64,000 nt of DNA from Mobula hypostoma (lineage: Eukaryota): NCBI RefSeq assembly GCF_963921235.1, contig NC_086107.1, positions 111,044,001 through 111,108,000 of the forward strand. Reading direction: 5' to 3'. Shown piece by piece: positions 26,570-40,290 of this stretch. Within the stretch, counting starts at the first letter, position 1; each line of letters starts with the position of its first letter. Below the pieces are notes generated by a model. That model had not been told where the DNA came from. It did not search any database and saw nothing but the letters and a program-made list of their open reading frames with translations. Made by a program: the position numbers and the translations under genes.

Positions 26570-27310
26570 CCCACGTGAAATGCTGGGGGAACTCAGCAGA
26601 TCAGGCAGCATCTTTGGAAATGAATAAGCAGTTGATGTTTTGAGCTGAGAGCTTTCTTCAGGCCTGGAAAGGAAAGGGGAAGATGCTGGGGAGAAAAAGG
26701 TTGGTGGAGAGGAAGGAGACAGGCTAGAAGGTGACAGGTGAAGCCAGGTAAGTGGGAGAGGTAAAGGACTGAAGAGGAAGGAATCTGACAGGAGAGGACA
26801 GTGGACCATGGGTGAAAGGGAAGAAGGAGGCGCACCAGGGGGAGGTGATAGGCAGTTGAGGAGTAGAAGTAAAAGGCCAGAGTGGGGAATGGGAGGAGAG
26901 GGAAGGGGAGGGGAAAAAATTACCGGAAGGAGAAATTAACGTTTAAGCCATCGGGTTGGAGGCTACTTAGAATGAATATGAGGTATTGCTCCTCCACACT
27001 GAGGGTGGCCTCTTCAGGGCAAAAGTGGACTGGCATGTCAGAATGGGAATGGGGATAGGAATTAAAATGATTGGCCATCAGAAAATTCCAAGTTGGCAGA
27101 TGGAGCAGAGGTGCTAGAGAAAGCAATCCTCTTGTTTACGTCGTGTCTCACCAATGTACAGGAGGACCCATCGGGAGCACTGGATACAATAAATGACCCC
27201 AATAGATTCACAGGTGATGTGTTGCCTCACCTGGAAGGACTGCTTGGGGTACTGAATGGAAGTGAGGGAGGAGGAGAATGGGAAGGTGTACCATTTCCGT
27301 CGCTTGCAGT
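26570..27310 (-). mobile_element. Degenerate Penelope-like 3' fragment (GIY-YIG remnant + terminus)
   Basis: ORFs 27114-27332 (LLYIGETRRK) and 26920-27126. The terminus is homologous to 662-1020. Confidence 0.85.
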
Positions 27311-27384
27311 GGTATGTGGCAGGAAGAGGCATAAGGTCTCAAATGTTGTAGACTCTACAGTAGCAATAAGTTTAGATAAACACA

Positions 27385-27755
27385 AGGGATTCTACAGATG
27401 CTGGAAATCCAGAGCAACACACATAAAATGCTGGAGGAGCTCAGCAGGTCAGGCAGCATCTGTGGAATTCAATAAACAGTCCACGATTCGGGCCAAGACC
27501 CTTCTTCAGGACTGGAAAAAGGGAGAAGACGCCAGAGTAAAAATGTGGGGGGAGGGGAAGGAGGCAACGGTTTTAGGTGAAGCCGGGTAGGTGGGAGAGG
27601 TAAAGGGCTGGAGAAGAAGGAACCTGATAGGAGAGGAGAGTGGACCATGGGAGAAAGGGAAGGAGAAGGGGACCCAGAGGGAAGTGATAGGTAGGTAAGA
27701 AGAAGTAAAAGGCCAGAGTGGGGAATAGACGAAAAGGAGTGGGGGAGAGAAAAAT
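27385..27755 (-). mobile_element. Penelope-like terminal fragment
   Basis: Shares the cagatgctggaaatccagagcaacacacataaaatgctggagg terminus and has a decayed hammerhead at 27478-27513. Confidence 0.8.
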
Positions 27756-29369
27756 AAGTTTTGATGCATCTAACACAATACAACAAGCTGGTACGATTAT
27801 TAAGGAAAAAATACCAGATTGTAGCCTTGAGCTATGAAGAGAAAGATCTCAGAACTGAGTCAGGGTTTTGACTGAAGCTGTTGCTGATTCTTCCCCAACC
27901 CCACCCTCTGATTCCAGTATCTGAACTCTGTTGTGTCTCTGAGTTCAATTAAAATGATTACAACTGCAACTGTCTACCAACTGTTCAATCTCTGATCACC
28001 TTAGTTAAGACATTACTTGCTGTTAGTTACACATTTCTGCTGGCTACATTGAATTACTCTGGAACTGAGAAGCTTGCTGGCCACTTCAAAGGTCAGTTAA
28101 AGGCGGTTATTACTCCTCAACCATCAGGCTCTTAAACCAGAGAGGATAACTTCACTCAATTTCTCTCACCCCATCGCAGAACTGTTCCTACAAATTATGG
28201 ACTCACCTTCAAGGACTCTTCATCTCATGTTCTTGATATTTATTGCTTGCATGCTTCTTTGTTTATTTGTGTATTTATTTATTGATTAATCAATTGATTG
28301 ATTGAGATACAGTGTGGAATAGGACTCTCAGGCCCTTCGAGCTGCGCTGCCCAGCAATCCCCCGATTTAACCCCAGCCTAATCACAGGACAATTTACAAT
28401 GACCAATTAACCTACTAACCGGTATGTCTTTAGACTGTGAGAGGAAACCGGAGCACCCGGAGGAAACCCACACGGTCACGGAGGGAACGTACAGACTCCT
28501 AACAGGCAGTGACGGGAATTGAACCTGGGTCGCAGGTAGTGCAACGCATTGTGCTAACCGCTACACTACCAAGCTGTCCCTATTATTATTATTATTATTA
28601 ACTTTTTGTTCTTTTCTTAGCATTTGCACAGCTTGCAGTTTTTTTTTTGGCACACTGGATGTTGTCAGTCCTGTTGGGTGCGGTCTTTCATTGATTCTAT
28701 TGTGTTTCTTGTGTTTACTTAATTGCTCACAAGAAAATGAATTTCAGGGTTGTATATGGTGACTTTGAACTTTGAACCCAACAAGGTGATGACGCCCTTC
28801 TTATTTCTCACTCCACCATAAAGCCTGGTCTCCATGCACATACTCTGCAATGCAGAAATATTTCGCAGATTTTGGAGGCCAGGTTCAGAGGCAGGGATGT
28901 GCACAAATGATGAAACTAGCATGCTAAGACCTTGTCTATTCTAGAGTCATCAAATGGGGCGCCATGGTAGTGTAGCAGTTAGTGCAGCGCCTTTACAGCT
29001 TGGGGTGTACCAGAGCTCGGAGTTCAATTCTGGCACTGTCTGTGTGGAGTTTGTACGGTCTCCACGTGACCGCATGGATTTCCTCCCACAGTGCAAAGAC
29101 GTACAGGTTGGCAAGTTAGTTGGTCATTGTAAATTGTCCCGTGATTAGGCTAGGGTTAAATCGGAGGATTGCTGTCTGGTCCAGTTCACTGGGCCAGAAG
29201 GGCCTGCTCCTTGCTGTAATCTGAAATAAATAAAAACATTTCACCCTTGCAGCTGTAGAATGCAAATAAACAAGTAATAAAAACCTGATATCAGTGATGT
29301 ACGTAACCAGAATGTTCTTGGAAAAAGTCAACTGCTTTATTGGTCAATGAGGTAATTTTGACTCTCCAT

Positions 29370-30240
29370 TCAAAGTTCAAAGTAAATTTTATTATCAAAG
29401 TACATATATGTCACCATATACACCCCTGAGATTCATTTTTCTGCGAGTATACTCAGCCAATCTATAGAATAGTGACTATAAGAGGATTAGTGAAAGATCA
29501 ACCAGAATGCAGAAGACAACAAACTGTGCAAATACAAAAATAAATAAATAGCAATAAATAACTTGAAAATGAGATAAAGAGTCCTTAAAGTGAGATCATT
29601 GGTTGTGGGACCATCTCAATGATGGAGTATATGAGTGTAGTTATCCCATTTTGTTCAAGAGCCTGATGGTTGAGGGGTAGTAACTGTTCTTGAACATGGT
29701 GGTGTGAGTTCTGAGGCTCTTGTACCTTCTACCTGATGGCAGCAGTGAGAAGAGAGCATGACCCAGGTGGTGGGGATCTCTGATGATGGATGCTGCTTTC
29801 CTTTGACAATGTTTCATGTAGATGTGCTCAATGGTTGGGAGGGTTTTACCCATGATGTACTGGGCCAAATCCATTAGTTCTTGCAGGATTTTCCATTCAA
29901 AGACATTGGTGTTTTCATACCAGGCATGATGCAGCCAGTCAATATACTCTCCACTACACATTTATAGATGTTTGACAAGTTTTAGATGTCATGCCGAATC
30001 TCTGTAAACTCCTAAGGAAGCAGAAGTGCTGCCGTGCTTTCTCCACAATTGCACTTATAGGCTGGGTCCAGGACTGGTCCTCTGAAATGGTAACACCAAG
30101 AAATTTAAAGTTGCTAACCCCCTCCACCTTTGATCCTTCAATGGGCTGAAGTCTATAATCAGTTCCTAGGTCTTGCCGACATTGAGTGAGAGGTTGTTGT
30201 TATGACACCACTCAGCCAAATTTCAAAATCCCTCCTGTAT
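29370..30240 (-). mobile_element. Rex1/Babar-type LINE 3' fragment
   Basis: ORF 29641-29961 (KAASIIRDPHHLGHALFSLLPSGRRYKSLRTHT..KNSYYP). Confidence 0.8.
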
Positions 30241-31696
30241 GTTCATACATGGTGCCAGACCCACAGCAACTTGTTAACTCTTTCTCCAAACAGTTAAAGG
30301 TTTCCCCTGGTGTAATGTTGAATCAGGTTCACGGGTCCGGCGAGTGAGACAGGAAATGCGCTAACTTTGAATAGGTACATTAATCATTTATTTTTAAACA
30401 GTAAAAATTCGACTAAACATTCACGTTCCCCAAGTTACAGATACTACAAACCTGAATATTCAACAAACATACTTAATTAAAAATGTACACAGAGCATACC
30501 TTCCCAATGGCCATGTGCGTCCTTGCCTTAAACAAAGGAAGACGACAGCAAGCCCCTTCCACGTATTATTTTACATAGCCCGGATATTTGAAACTGGACG
30601 CCAGGCAGCCATCCAACGGGAAAAGCAACTGTAGTTTCTAAACTAACCAATCACCATGGAAGCAACTTTGGACAATCAGAATAAGGCACGCCCGCACAGG
30701 ACAGCTGGGTGCTCTGGTTTCTTCACACAATGCAAAGACGTACGGTTCGGGGTAGTGAGTCATGGGCATGCTACGGTGCCACTGGAAGGGCAGCGACACT
30801 TGTTAACTCTTTGGGCTGCCCAGCACAATCCTCACTGATTGATACAGGTCAATGTACTGTATGGTTTGATGTACAGGTGACAAATAACTCTCCTTTGTGT
30901 CACCTTGTCGGGGCTGTACTTAGCAACGCATTGACCTTAACTGCCCTCTGAAATGCCAAGCAAGCTCTTCAGTTCAGGGATAACTAGGGTTGGAGATAAG
31001 TGTTGGGGATCTCGTATAAGTGACTTAAAGAAAGATGGCATTCTGTCCTCCCAACATCACCCATCTGACCAAACCTTGCTCAGCTGTCCTGAAACTTAGG
31101 TACAATGATGGATCAATTAAAATCTGCAAGAGTCCTACATCAGAGGAGTGCAGAGATCAAGAAACCTTTCGGGTGGAAAGGGTCTCGGCCCGAAATGCTG
31201 ACTGTTTACTCATTTCCATAGATACTGCCTGACCGGCTGAGCTCCATAGGCAAGAAAAGTTTGGGATGAAGAGGAAAGTCCACGTAGGGATTTGAGAACA
31301 AAACAAGAAACTTTGAAATTGAGATACTAACGTTCTGGGAATTGGAGCGTTCAGTAAACAAAAGTGTAGTGTGGATCAGAAGGATACTCCATCCCTTGTG
31401 AATTGGTGACCGATATTTTCACATGATGTCACTGTCAGATGCCTTCTGCTATTTTTAAATTTGTTCTTGATAAGTGATATTTGGTTCAATTGCCTTCCAT
31501 AGAATGAGTGGTTCCTCTGCCAGACAGAAGTAACGTGGACAGGAAGGTAAATAAGGCAGTACAGTAGATTAGCAGTTAGCGTAACACTTTACAGTGCAAC
31601 GCGTAAGATCGGGGTTCAATTCCCTCCATCACCTGTAAGGAGTCTGCACGCTCTCCCCATGCCTGTATGGGTTTCCTCCCACATTCCAAAGATGTA

Positions 31697-32224
31697 CAGC
31701 ACTGTGCAAAAGTCTTAGGCACATATATATAGCTAGGGTGCGTAAGACTTTTGCACAGTACCGTATTTGTCAACGTGGAGCAAAGAGCAAGTTTGTAAAT
31801 CTGGTGGGTACAAAGAATGTTGGAAATGGTGGGGGTGGAGTGCCAGGGGAGGGATGTGGGACAGATGGCAGAGAAGGAGTGCCGGGGCGGGGGTGGGGTG
31901 GTGGCACTGGTGCAGAAACACCCAGTCTTGAGATACCAGGTAAAGTCATTTGATTCCAAAGAATTGATCACTACAGAATGTTTCTCTGGTGCTTTCTGCT
32001 CCCTTCGCTCTCCCTTCCCCGTTTCCCAACCATCTCTCTGCCCCCTTCCCACTCTCAGTCCACAATGGAGACCCATATCAGAATCAAGTTTATCATCGCT
32101 CATATGTCATGAATTTTTTTTTGTGACAGCAGTACAGAGTGATAAATAAAATTACTACAGTATTGTGCAAAGGTCTAAGGCTCCCTAGCTATGTATATGT
32201 GCCTAAGACTTTTGCACAGTGCTG
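31697..32224. mobile_element. Tc1/mariner-type MITE with ~65-bp self-palindromic TIRs, inserted in a V-SINE
   Basis: TA|CAGCACTGTGCAAAAGTCTTAGGCAC ... GTGCCTAAGACTTTTGCACAGTGCTG|TA. Confidence 0.85.
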
Positions 32225-32864
32225 TATAGGTTAGGGTTCGTAAGAGGTTGGCATGCTATGTCGGCGCCGGATGTGTGGTTGCAGATGTGCCCAGCACATC
32301 TCCGAAGCAAATGAAGTATTTTACTTTATGTTTCAATGCTTGCGTGACAAATAAGAGCTGGTAAAACTGATCCGTGTAGCTTGCAAAAACTGCATGGCTA
32401 AAAGCAAGTAGCCTTGTCTTAACTAAGGTAATCAGGGATTGGACAGTGACTAGAGAGGTTAATTTTAACTGAACTTGGAATGAATCACAGGTAGCATCAT
32501 ACAAAATGGAAACAGGTCTACATCAAGGGGCCCTTGGGTTGGGTCAGGTTGACTTCAATGGACAGCGGAGTTAAGTGGGTATAATCAGTTTACCAGCACC
32601 AGGGTTAGATAAAAAATTATGAAGGCCAAACTGCCAAAAGCTTTCTTTACGACCCTATCTACCCAGGATGTCACTTTCAATGACTAGTATATGCCCAAGA
32701 GGAGGGACCTAGACTTTTGTTACAAGATGCCAGAGGCACGTGATACCTCCCTGTAAACAAAAGCTTTTTAGACCACCAGAGGGCTGTTACGAGCCAACCA
32801 TGTTGCCATGAGCCCTACATGGACAGCTGGCAGCCTGCTGGTGTTAGCAAACAATGAAGACAAG

Positions 32865-33350
32865 AGATTCTGAAGATGCTGGGAACCCAGGGCAACACAC
32901 ACAAAATGCTGGAGGAACTCAAAGGTTCAGGCTGCATCTATGGAAAGGAATTTCGGGCTGAGACTCTTCATCAGGACGAAATAGGAAGGTGGTTGAAGCC
33001 AGAAATAGAAGGTGGGGTGAGGGGGCAGATTGCAAGCTGGCAGGTGATAGGTGAGACCAGGTGAGGGGGCAGGTGAGTGGGTGGGGGGAGAGGGGATAAA
33101 GTAAGTAGCTGGGAGGTGATAGGTGGAATATGTAAAGAGCTGAAGAAGAAGGAATCTGATAGGAGGAGACAGTGGACCACGGGAGAATGGGGAGGTGGAG
33201 GGGGGCATCAGAGAGAGGTGATAGGCAGGTGTGGAGAAGAGAAGAGGTAAGAGGAATGGAAAAAGGGAGAAGGGGAAGGGGGAGAAATTGCCAGATGTTA
33301 GAGAAATCGATGTCAGTGCTATCAGCTTGGAAACTACGCAGACGGAAATG
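32865..33350 (-). mobile_element. Penelope-like terminal fragment
   Basis: Same terminus and purine-rich body. The hammerhead core at 32951-32977 lacks the cleavage triplet. Confidence 0.8.
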
Positions 33351-33834
33351 AATTGCTTTTTAAATGACCAGAGAACAGTTAAGAGTTGACCATGTTGCTA
33401 TGAGCCTGACATGGACAGTTGACAGGTTGCTGGAACGAGCAAACAAAGACTTGTTTTTAGCCTCAGTTCAATTGCTTCTTGGCCACTTTTCCTCAGATCA
33501 GTTTTTTAAAATTTAAACTGTTCTGACAGATTATTAATTGAGACATCTGGACTGCAGTAGTACCAGAAAGTGTGGGGGAAACACGTAGCTGATTCAGATA
33601 CTTTGACCTAAAAGATTAAAACCCTGTTTCTCTGTCCAGGGCATCTGTAGACAGACAGAGACAGGGTTTTAACATTGCAAGTCAATAGCCCTTTGTCAGA
33701 ACTGAGCAACAGGGAAAACAAAAGTGCACGGAGAGGGTGAGAAGGATGGATAGGACAAAGGGAATAAGGATGAGGCCTGGGTTACTATGGTGATAAACTG
33801 ATGCTGAAGCCTTCTGGTTGATGGGTGGATGATG

Positions 33835-34170
33835 GGAGAGAGAGAGAGAATAGACCAAGGAATATATAAAACCTGTGAAATGCAGGTCAGAAAGAGAGAA
33901 GAGTCAGACCAGTAGACGGAGACAGACAGAGAGAAACAGTGAGACATGGAGAGAGAGAGTGAGGGAGAAAGAGAGAGAGAGAGAAAGAGAGATACACACA
34001 GAGAATGAGAGAGATGGAGAGAGGAGGAGGGGGATAGAAAGAAGAGAGAGGAGCGACAGTCAGAGCAAAAGAGAGAGAGAAGCACACACATGCACGCACG
34101 CGCAGATGGAGAGAGAGACATAAAGAGGGAGAAGACAGAGAAAGAGAGAGAGAGAGAGCGAGAGAGAAAA
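33835..34170. repeat. GA-rich low-complexity tract
   Basis: Imperfect (GA)n. Confidence 0.9.
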
Positions 34171-34377
34171 TCTGTGAGGTGCATGTCAGAACTACGGGAA
34201 ACGGGCTGGTATGTCAGGCTGCATTAGTGTCGAGGGAAAAGCAGAGATATTACAGAAGGATTACCCCAAGCAGAGCTGGACTATTAGCCTAGTCACTTGG
34301 CCGCTGCACCACCAGACTCTCCATGTGATGTATGTCTTAACCTCCATCAGTACTCATTTGTCGTTTTCTCTCTCCAG

Positions 34378-34538
34378 TTCCAGAGACCAAATGATTTCTC
34401 TCCTCCGTTTCGGTTTGGGACAGTTCCCAATGGAAGCACAGAAAGAAACATCCGTAACAATTACCTCGAAATGCACACCTACATGACAAAGTACAATCAG
34501 AAATCCGTGCTCGACGCATTAATAAGCCTGAAGGCCGG
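34378..34538 (+). CDS. GRIN2B: GluN2 exon F, 161 bp: S2
   Basis: ctctccag|TTC and GG|gtaaga. Encodes [54 protein letters not shown]. Confidence 0.96.
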
Positions 34539-34619
34539 GTAAGAACATAAATAAAATTGTGTTAATATACTAAGCAGTGGGAATAGGGCACTTTGGTAGG
34601 AGCATATACATTTAGATCA

Positions 34620-35170
34620 TAAGACCATAAGACATAGGAGCAGACTGAGACCATTTGGCCCATCGAGTCTGTTCTGTCATTCCGTCGTGGCTGATTTATT
34701 ATCCCTTTCAAACTCATCCTTTTGCCTTCTCCCCATAAACTTTGACACCCTGACTAATCATGATCCTATCAACCTCTGCTTTAAACATACCCAATGACTT
34801 GGCCTCCACAGCCGACTGTGGTAATAAATTCCACGGATTCACCACTCATTGGCTAAAGAAATTCTTCCTCATCTCTGTTCTGAAAGAACGTGCTTCTATT
34901 CTGCGGCTATGCCCTCTGGTCCTAGACTCTCCCACTACAGGAAACATCCTCTCCACATCCCCTCTATCTAAGCCTTTCAATATTCAATAGGTTTCAAAGA
35001 GATCGCCCCTTATTCTTCTAAACTCCAGCAAGTACAGACCCAGAGCTCCTCATACGTTAACATTTCCATTCCCGGGATCATTCTTGTGAACCTCCTCTGG
35101 ACTCTCTCCAATGCCAGCACATCCTTTTTTTCAGATAAGAGGCCCAAAACTGCTCACAGTACTCCAAGTG
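34620..35170 (-). mobile_element. CR1 3' fragment
   Basis: (ataagacc)n tail and a degenerate RT C-terminus. Confidence 0.8.
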
Positions 35171-35696
35171 TTCCAAGCTTAGTTGGGCCTTAAAATACAG
35201 GCCATTCCTCTGTGTGTTACCCTTCCTAAGGCAAGACCTCGATCTGGGGGATGGGTCCGAGCTATAAAAATTCTTCCAGCTGGATTTTAATTTTTCATTG
35301 GCTCCACACTATGATTAATATGCTCATTAACAGATGGTTAACAACTGTGTTTTAAATCATGCAGGCATTGGTTTTAATTTGGTTCTTTCCCCCAAGACCC
35401 TAAAGGCAATGCAGTGGAGCCAGCTGATGCCTAATCTTAGAGAGAAGAGCTTTAAATGAACACTTCACTGTGGCTACTCTGACCTCTGATAACCCGACTG
35501 GCCCTGCCCTAATAACACTGGACAACAAATTTTTTCCTCAGATTTTTTTTTTGGTTTATGATAGACCACCTGAAGCTAAACACAAATATAATTCCAGCCT
35601 ACTTGTATCACGTAAGAATTTGGAGAAACAAGGAATTAACTTTTATTGAATAAAATGCGTATAATTGCATTATGGTGATGACGCTTTGCAATAGTT

Positions 35697-36377
35697 TTAG
35701 ATTCTGAGAACACTCAGTCCTCTTTTATTGTCACTTAGAAATGCATACATTCATTAAGAAATGATACAATGTTTCTCCAGAGTGATATCACAGAAAACAG
35801 GACAAACCAAAGACTAACACTGACAGAACCACATAATTATAACATATAGTTACAGCAGTGCAAAGAAATACCATAATTTGATGAAGAACAAACCATGGGC
35901 ACAGTAAAAAAAAGTCTCAAAGTCCCCGAGCCGATTGACTCCCGAGTCCCCGATAGCAGGCAGCAAAAGGGAGAAACTCCCTGCCATAAACCTCCAGGCA
36001 CCGTTAACTTGCTGATGCCTTGGAAGCAGCCGACCACAGCTGACACTGAGTCCGTCCTTCCAAAAACTTCGAGCCTCCAACCAGCCCCTCCGATACAGCC
36101 ACCCGAGCACCATCCTCTGCCGAGCCTTCGACCTAACCCGGGCCGCTGAAACAAGCAAAGCTGAGGATTCGGGGCCTTGTGCTCCGGAGATTCCGGTTAC
36201 CACACAGTAGCAGCGGCAGCGAAGCGGGCATTTCAGAAGTTTTCCAGATGTTCCTCCATGCTGTTAGGTCTGTCTCCATCAAATCAGAAATGTGCACGGT
36301 CCCCTACTTGACAGATTACAGATATCATTCACCGGAGAGGCCGCGCGCACTGCCGTCGCGCCGCCATCTTCTCTTCC
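35697..36377 (-). mobile_element. Non-coding ~650-bp retroposon, copy 2
   Basis: Same ends as copy 1. CCGCCATCTT at 36361-36370. Confidence 0.8.
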
Positions 36378-37417
36378 TTAGTTCAACTAAGCTAAAAATG
36401 TTTTGTTTTTGATTTTCATTTGTACTCAGTGTCTGAGGCTTCTCGCTCAAGTGTCCAACAATAATTAGCCAGCATTGATGGATTCCAGTTGCCCTGGTAT
36501 CCTTTCTCCGTGATGGCAATGTCCTAGTGAAACCTTTCACCATGCTCGTCACTGACAGCACCAAGATTTGCAGGGAAGAAGTCTAAATGGGAATGCAGAA
36601 AGTGAATCTTTAGTGACATGTTGCACTTCATGGCTTGGTGCTCTGTAGATGCCAAGAAAATTTTTAACAACACCCTTGAATGCCTTCCATGCAGTTTTCT
36701 TTGGTCCCACTAGAAGTTCTTCAAACTGCCTGTCATTGATGACCTGCTTTCCTTAATCTTGTCATCAGTTACTCTGACTTGAATTATGAATTGAAATAAC
36801 AAATCTAGGCAATTTCAAAAAAAATGTTGCGTGCGTGATAGGGAAATTTCACCGTGATTTTCATGATCAGAAGACCAAAATCCATAAGGTACACCAATAA
36901 GTAGTGAGGAAGTAAAATCTTTGTTGTCCAGTGTTATTGCTCTTCTATTGCTTCAGATTCTCCCTCCAGAGGGATTGCTGGGCAGTGTGACTGACCATAA
37001 AAATGTAAGATATAGGAGCAGAGTTAGGTCATTCAGCCCATCAAGTCCACTCTGCCATTTCATTATGGCTGATCCCGGATCCCATTTAACCCCACACCCA
37101 TGTCCTTTCACCATATCCCCTTGATGCCCCGACCAATCAGGAATCTATCCACTTCTGCTTTAAATATACCCATGTACTGTACTTCCACTGCAGTCTGTGG
37201 CTGAGCATTCCACAGGTTCCCCACTCTTTGGCTAAAAACATTCCTCCTTACCTCTGTTCTAAAAGGTCGCCCCTCAGTTTTGAGGTTCTGCCCTCTAGTT
37301 CTGTCCTTGCCTCAGTGACAAACTTTTTGAGAAAGTTTCATTCCAGGACGTGGGTCTGTAGCCAAGGTAACGGTTTTCAATCCTTCCTCTTATAGAGAAC
37401 CAGCTCTCCCACAACTG

Positions 37418-37418
37418 T

Positions 37419-37481
<63 letters not shown>

Positions 37482-37798
37482 TACTTTCACACCTACACAC
37501 ATACACACTCTCACATACACCGTCGCTCACACACACACACTCACACTCACTCACTTTCACATAACTCATACACTCACTCTCATACACTCGTACACATTTT
37601 CACACCTATACACACACACAGTCATTCACATGCACTCTCTCTCACAGACACACACATGCTCACACTCACTTTCACATAAAATCTCGTATACTCACTTACA
37701 CACCCCTACACACACTCGTACACATTTTCACACCTACACACACACACAGTCATTCACGTGCACTCTCTCTCACAGACACACACACACACACACACACA
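37418..37798. repeat. (CA)n microsatellite and CA-rich degenerate repeat
   Basis: Long perfect CA run followed by a duplicated CA/CT-rich unit. Confidence 0.9.
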
Positions 37799-38394
37799 GT
37801 TACCATCACTGCATTTCAGGGTGTGGTCCAGATCCACCTCACTCCTTCCCCTGGTATTTGTTGACGGTGATTAGTACCACTCACCTACATTTACCTGAAT
37901 CACCTCTGTGAATTTTGCAACATCCATTCACTCTCCTTGTACGAAATCGTGGTGCTGGTTTAGTACATAGGCAGACAATGCTTCAGTATGGGATGTTCCT
38001 CTTAATTGAGGAGCGGCTGCCCTGACAGAGTCCCTCCAGAAGGCAGCAGGTGTTCCTGGTAGGAAGAGATCACTGGCAACTATTGTTGGGACATTGACGC
38101 AGTCTATGTATGTCTACCCACCGGGGAACCTGCATGGAAGGGATTACCAGTGGCTGCCCTCTCCTCTCCTATGGGCTGATGTGTCAATAGTCTCCCTAGT
38201 GTAGCGGTGATCAGCAAACTGAGGTATACAGTGTTTATCAACAGGGTTGGAATGGTCCTGAGGCTGGAGAGTTGAGGGCACTGATGACCTTAATTTCGAG
38301 TGTTTGAAACTTGTACCCGAAGTTTCCTGAGGTCACGGGGTTTGCTCTGCGGATATGCTTCTCGATAATATACTGCTGTTGATTGGTCATTGGA

Positions 38395-38915
38395 CAGGAA
38401 ACAGAGGGCACCAAGATGAGGATACCCTCAGGGTGGAGCACCACACCTATATTCCATCTGGGTAGCCTCCAACCTGATGGCATGAATGTCGATTTCTCGT
38501 ACTGGTAAACAAATTTCCCCCGCCCGGCCCCCTTCCTCTGTTACCTACTCTGACCGTTTACCTTTCTCACCTGTGTATATCTCCCCCGGGTTGCCTTCTC
38601 CTTCCCTTTCTTCCATGATCCACTCTCCTCTCCAATCAGATTTCCCTTTCTTCTGTGATCCACTCTCCTCTCCAGCCCTTTGTCTTCCCTCCCACTTGGC
38701 TTCACCTATCACCTTCCAGCTAGCCTCCTTCACTGCCCCCCCACCCCGGCCACCGATCTTTTTAAGTCCGGCATCTTTCCCTTTCCTGTCCAGTCTCGGC
38801 CGGAAACGTAGACTGTTTATCCTTTTCCATAGATGCTGCCTGACCCGCTGAGTTTCTCCAGCATTTTGTGTGCGTTGCTCTGGATTTCCAGCATCTGCAG
38901 ACCTTCTCATGTTTA
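38395..38915 (+). mobile_element. Penelope-like terminal fragment
   Basis: Contains the GIY-YIG C-terminal remnant (ggtagcctccaacctgatggcatgaat) plus the terminus in + orientation. Confidence 0.8.
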
Positions 38916-39514
38916 TAAAAACAAATGAGTCATTTTTGGGTTCTAACTCATAGGATACCAGAGGAATCGGTTCTGGGTTTCTAGGTGTTGATAGTCTGCA
39001 TTAATAAATAGAAAGAAGAAATTTGCGTAGCCTCCTCCTTGATGGGAGTGGGACAAAAGGTCCATGAACAGGGTGTGTGGGATCCTCCATGATGTAATTG
39101 GTCTTTTTCCGCACCTTCCTGTTTGTACAGTATGCCCTTGATGGTGGGTGGGCAGGCAGCCGTGAGGCATTAGGCAATTTTAACTACCCGTTGTAGAGCT
39201 TTCCTGTCCACTGTGTTGCAGAGATGCGGCACGTTAGGATGCTTTCAGCTGCGCGTCTGTAGAAGGTCACGAGCATTGGTGTGCATGGGCCAACTTTCTT
39301 CAGCTTCCTCAGAAAACAGAGGCATTGGTGAAGTGTGGAGGATGTGATCTGGGACCATGAGAGGCCAGGCGAGATCTGCACTCCCAAAATAAAAAAGAAA
39401 GGTTATTGGTGCTCAGAGCGATCCAGGCCTGTTATCCATGGACTTTGGTGGGAGAAGTGAAGCTGCCAGTGTGGCTCTCTCTGTGAGACATGGAGCAACA
39501 AAGAGTTGTGTTCT

Positions 39515-40190
39515 AAAACAAGAGAAAATCTGCAGGTGCTGGAAGTTCCAGCAATACACCCAAAATGTTGGAGGAACTCAGCAGGTCAGGCAGCATCTAT
39601 GGAAAAGAGTGAACAGACGACGTTTCAGGTCGAGACCCTTCATCAGGACTGGGAAAAAAGAGAGATGAGAAGTCAGAGTAAGAAGGTTGGGGGAGGGGAG
39701 GAAGAAGTACAGGGTGGTAGGTGACAGGTGAAACCAGGAGAGGGGATGTGGTGGAGTAAAGAGCTGGGAAGCTGATCGGTGAAGAAGATAATGGGCTGGA
39801 AAATGAGGAATCTGACAGGAGAGGGTAGAAGATCATGGAAGAAAGGACAAAGAGAAGAACACTAGAGGGAGATGATGGACAGTGAAGGAGTAAGGTGAGA
39901 GACAGAGATGGGAATGGAGAATGGTGAAGGGAGGGGTGGGGCATTAACCAGAAGTTTGAGAGATCAGTTCATGCCATCAGCTTGCCCAGACGAAATATAA
40001 GGTGCTGTTCCTCCAACCTGACTGTGGCCTCATCGCAGCAGTAGAGAAGGCCGTGGACTGACATGTCGGAATGGGAATGGGAAGTAGAATTGAAATGGAT
40101 GGCCACCAGGGGATTCCGCTTTTTCTGGCAGACGGAGTGCAGGTGCTCGGCGAAGCGGCCTCCCAATCTATGTCAGGTCTCACCGATGTA
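39515..40190 (-). mobile_element. Penelope-like 3' fragment
   Basis: ORFs with LYIGET and FAEHLHSV...EEQHLIFRLG, plus the terminus with a hammerhead. Confidence 0.85.
39614..39650 (-). ncRNA. Minimal type-I hammerhead motif (core intact, stem I mismatch)
   Basis: Minus strand reads AGUC-CUGAUGA-AGGGUCUCGACCU-GAAA-CGUC/GUCU, within a Penelope 3' end. Confidence 0.7.
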
Positions 40191-40290
40191 CAGTTGTGCC
40201 CTAAACTTGTCTGCCTCCTGTAAGGTGGTTCCTGTGTGTGCCCATAGTACATGGGAGCTGTTTGCTCTCATTTCCATTTCATCCCTGATG

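Noticed and set aside
30310..30655. Possible LTR-like segment starting with TGTAA
   Set aside because: No convincing second boundary or TSD.
33696..34184. Low-complexity ORFs (SLSL/RERE; also CVCV/HTHT ORFs at 37390-37911 and 50247-50527)
   Set aside because: Translations of microsatellites.
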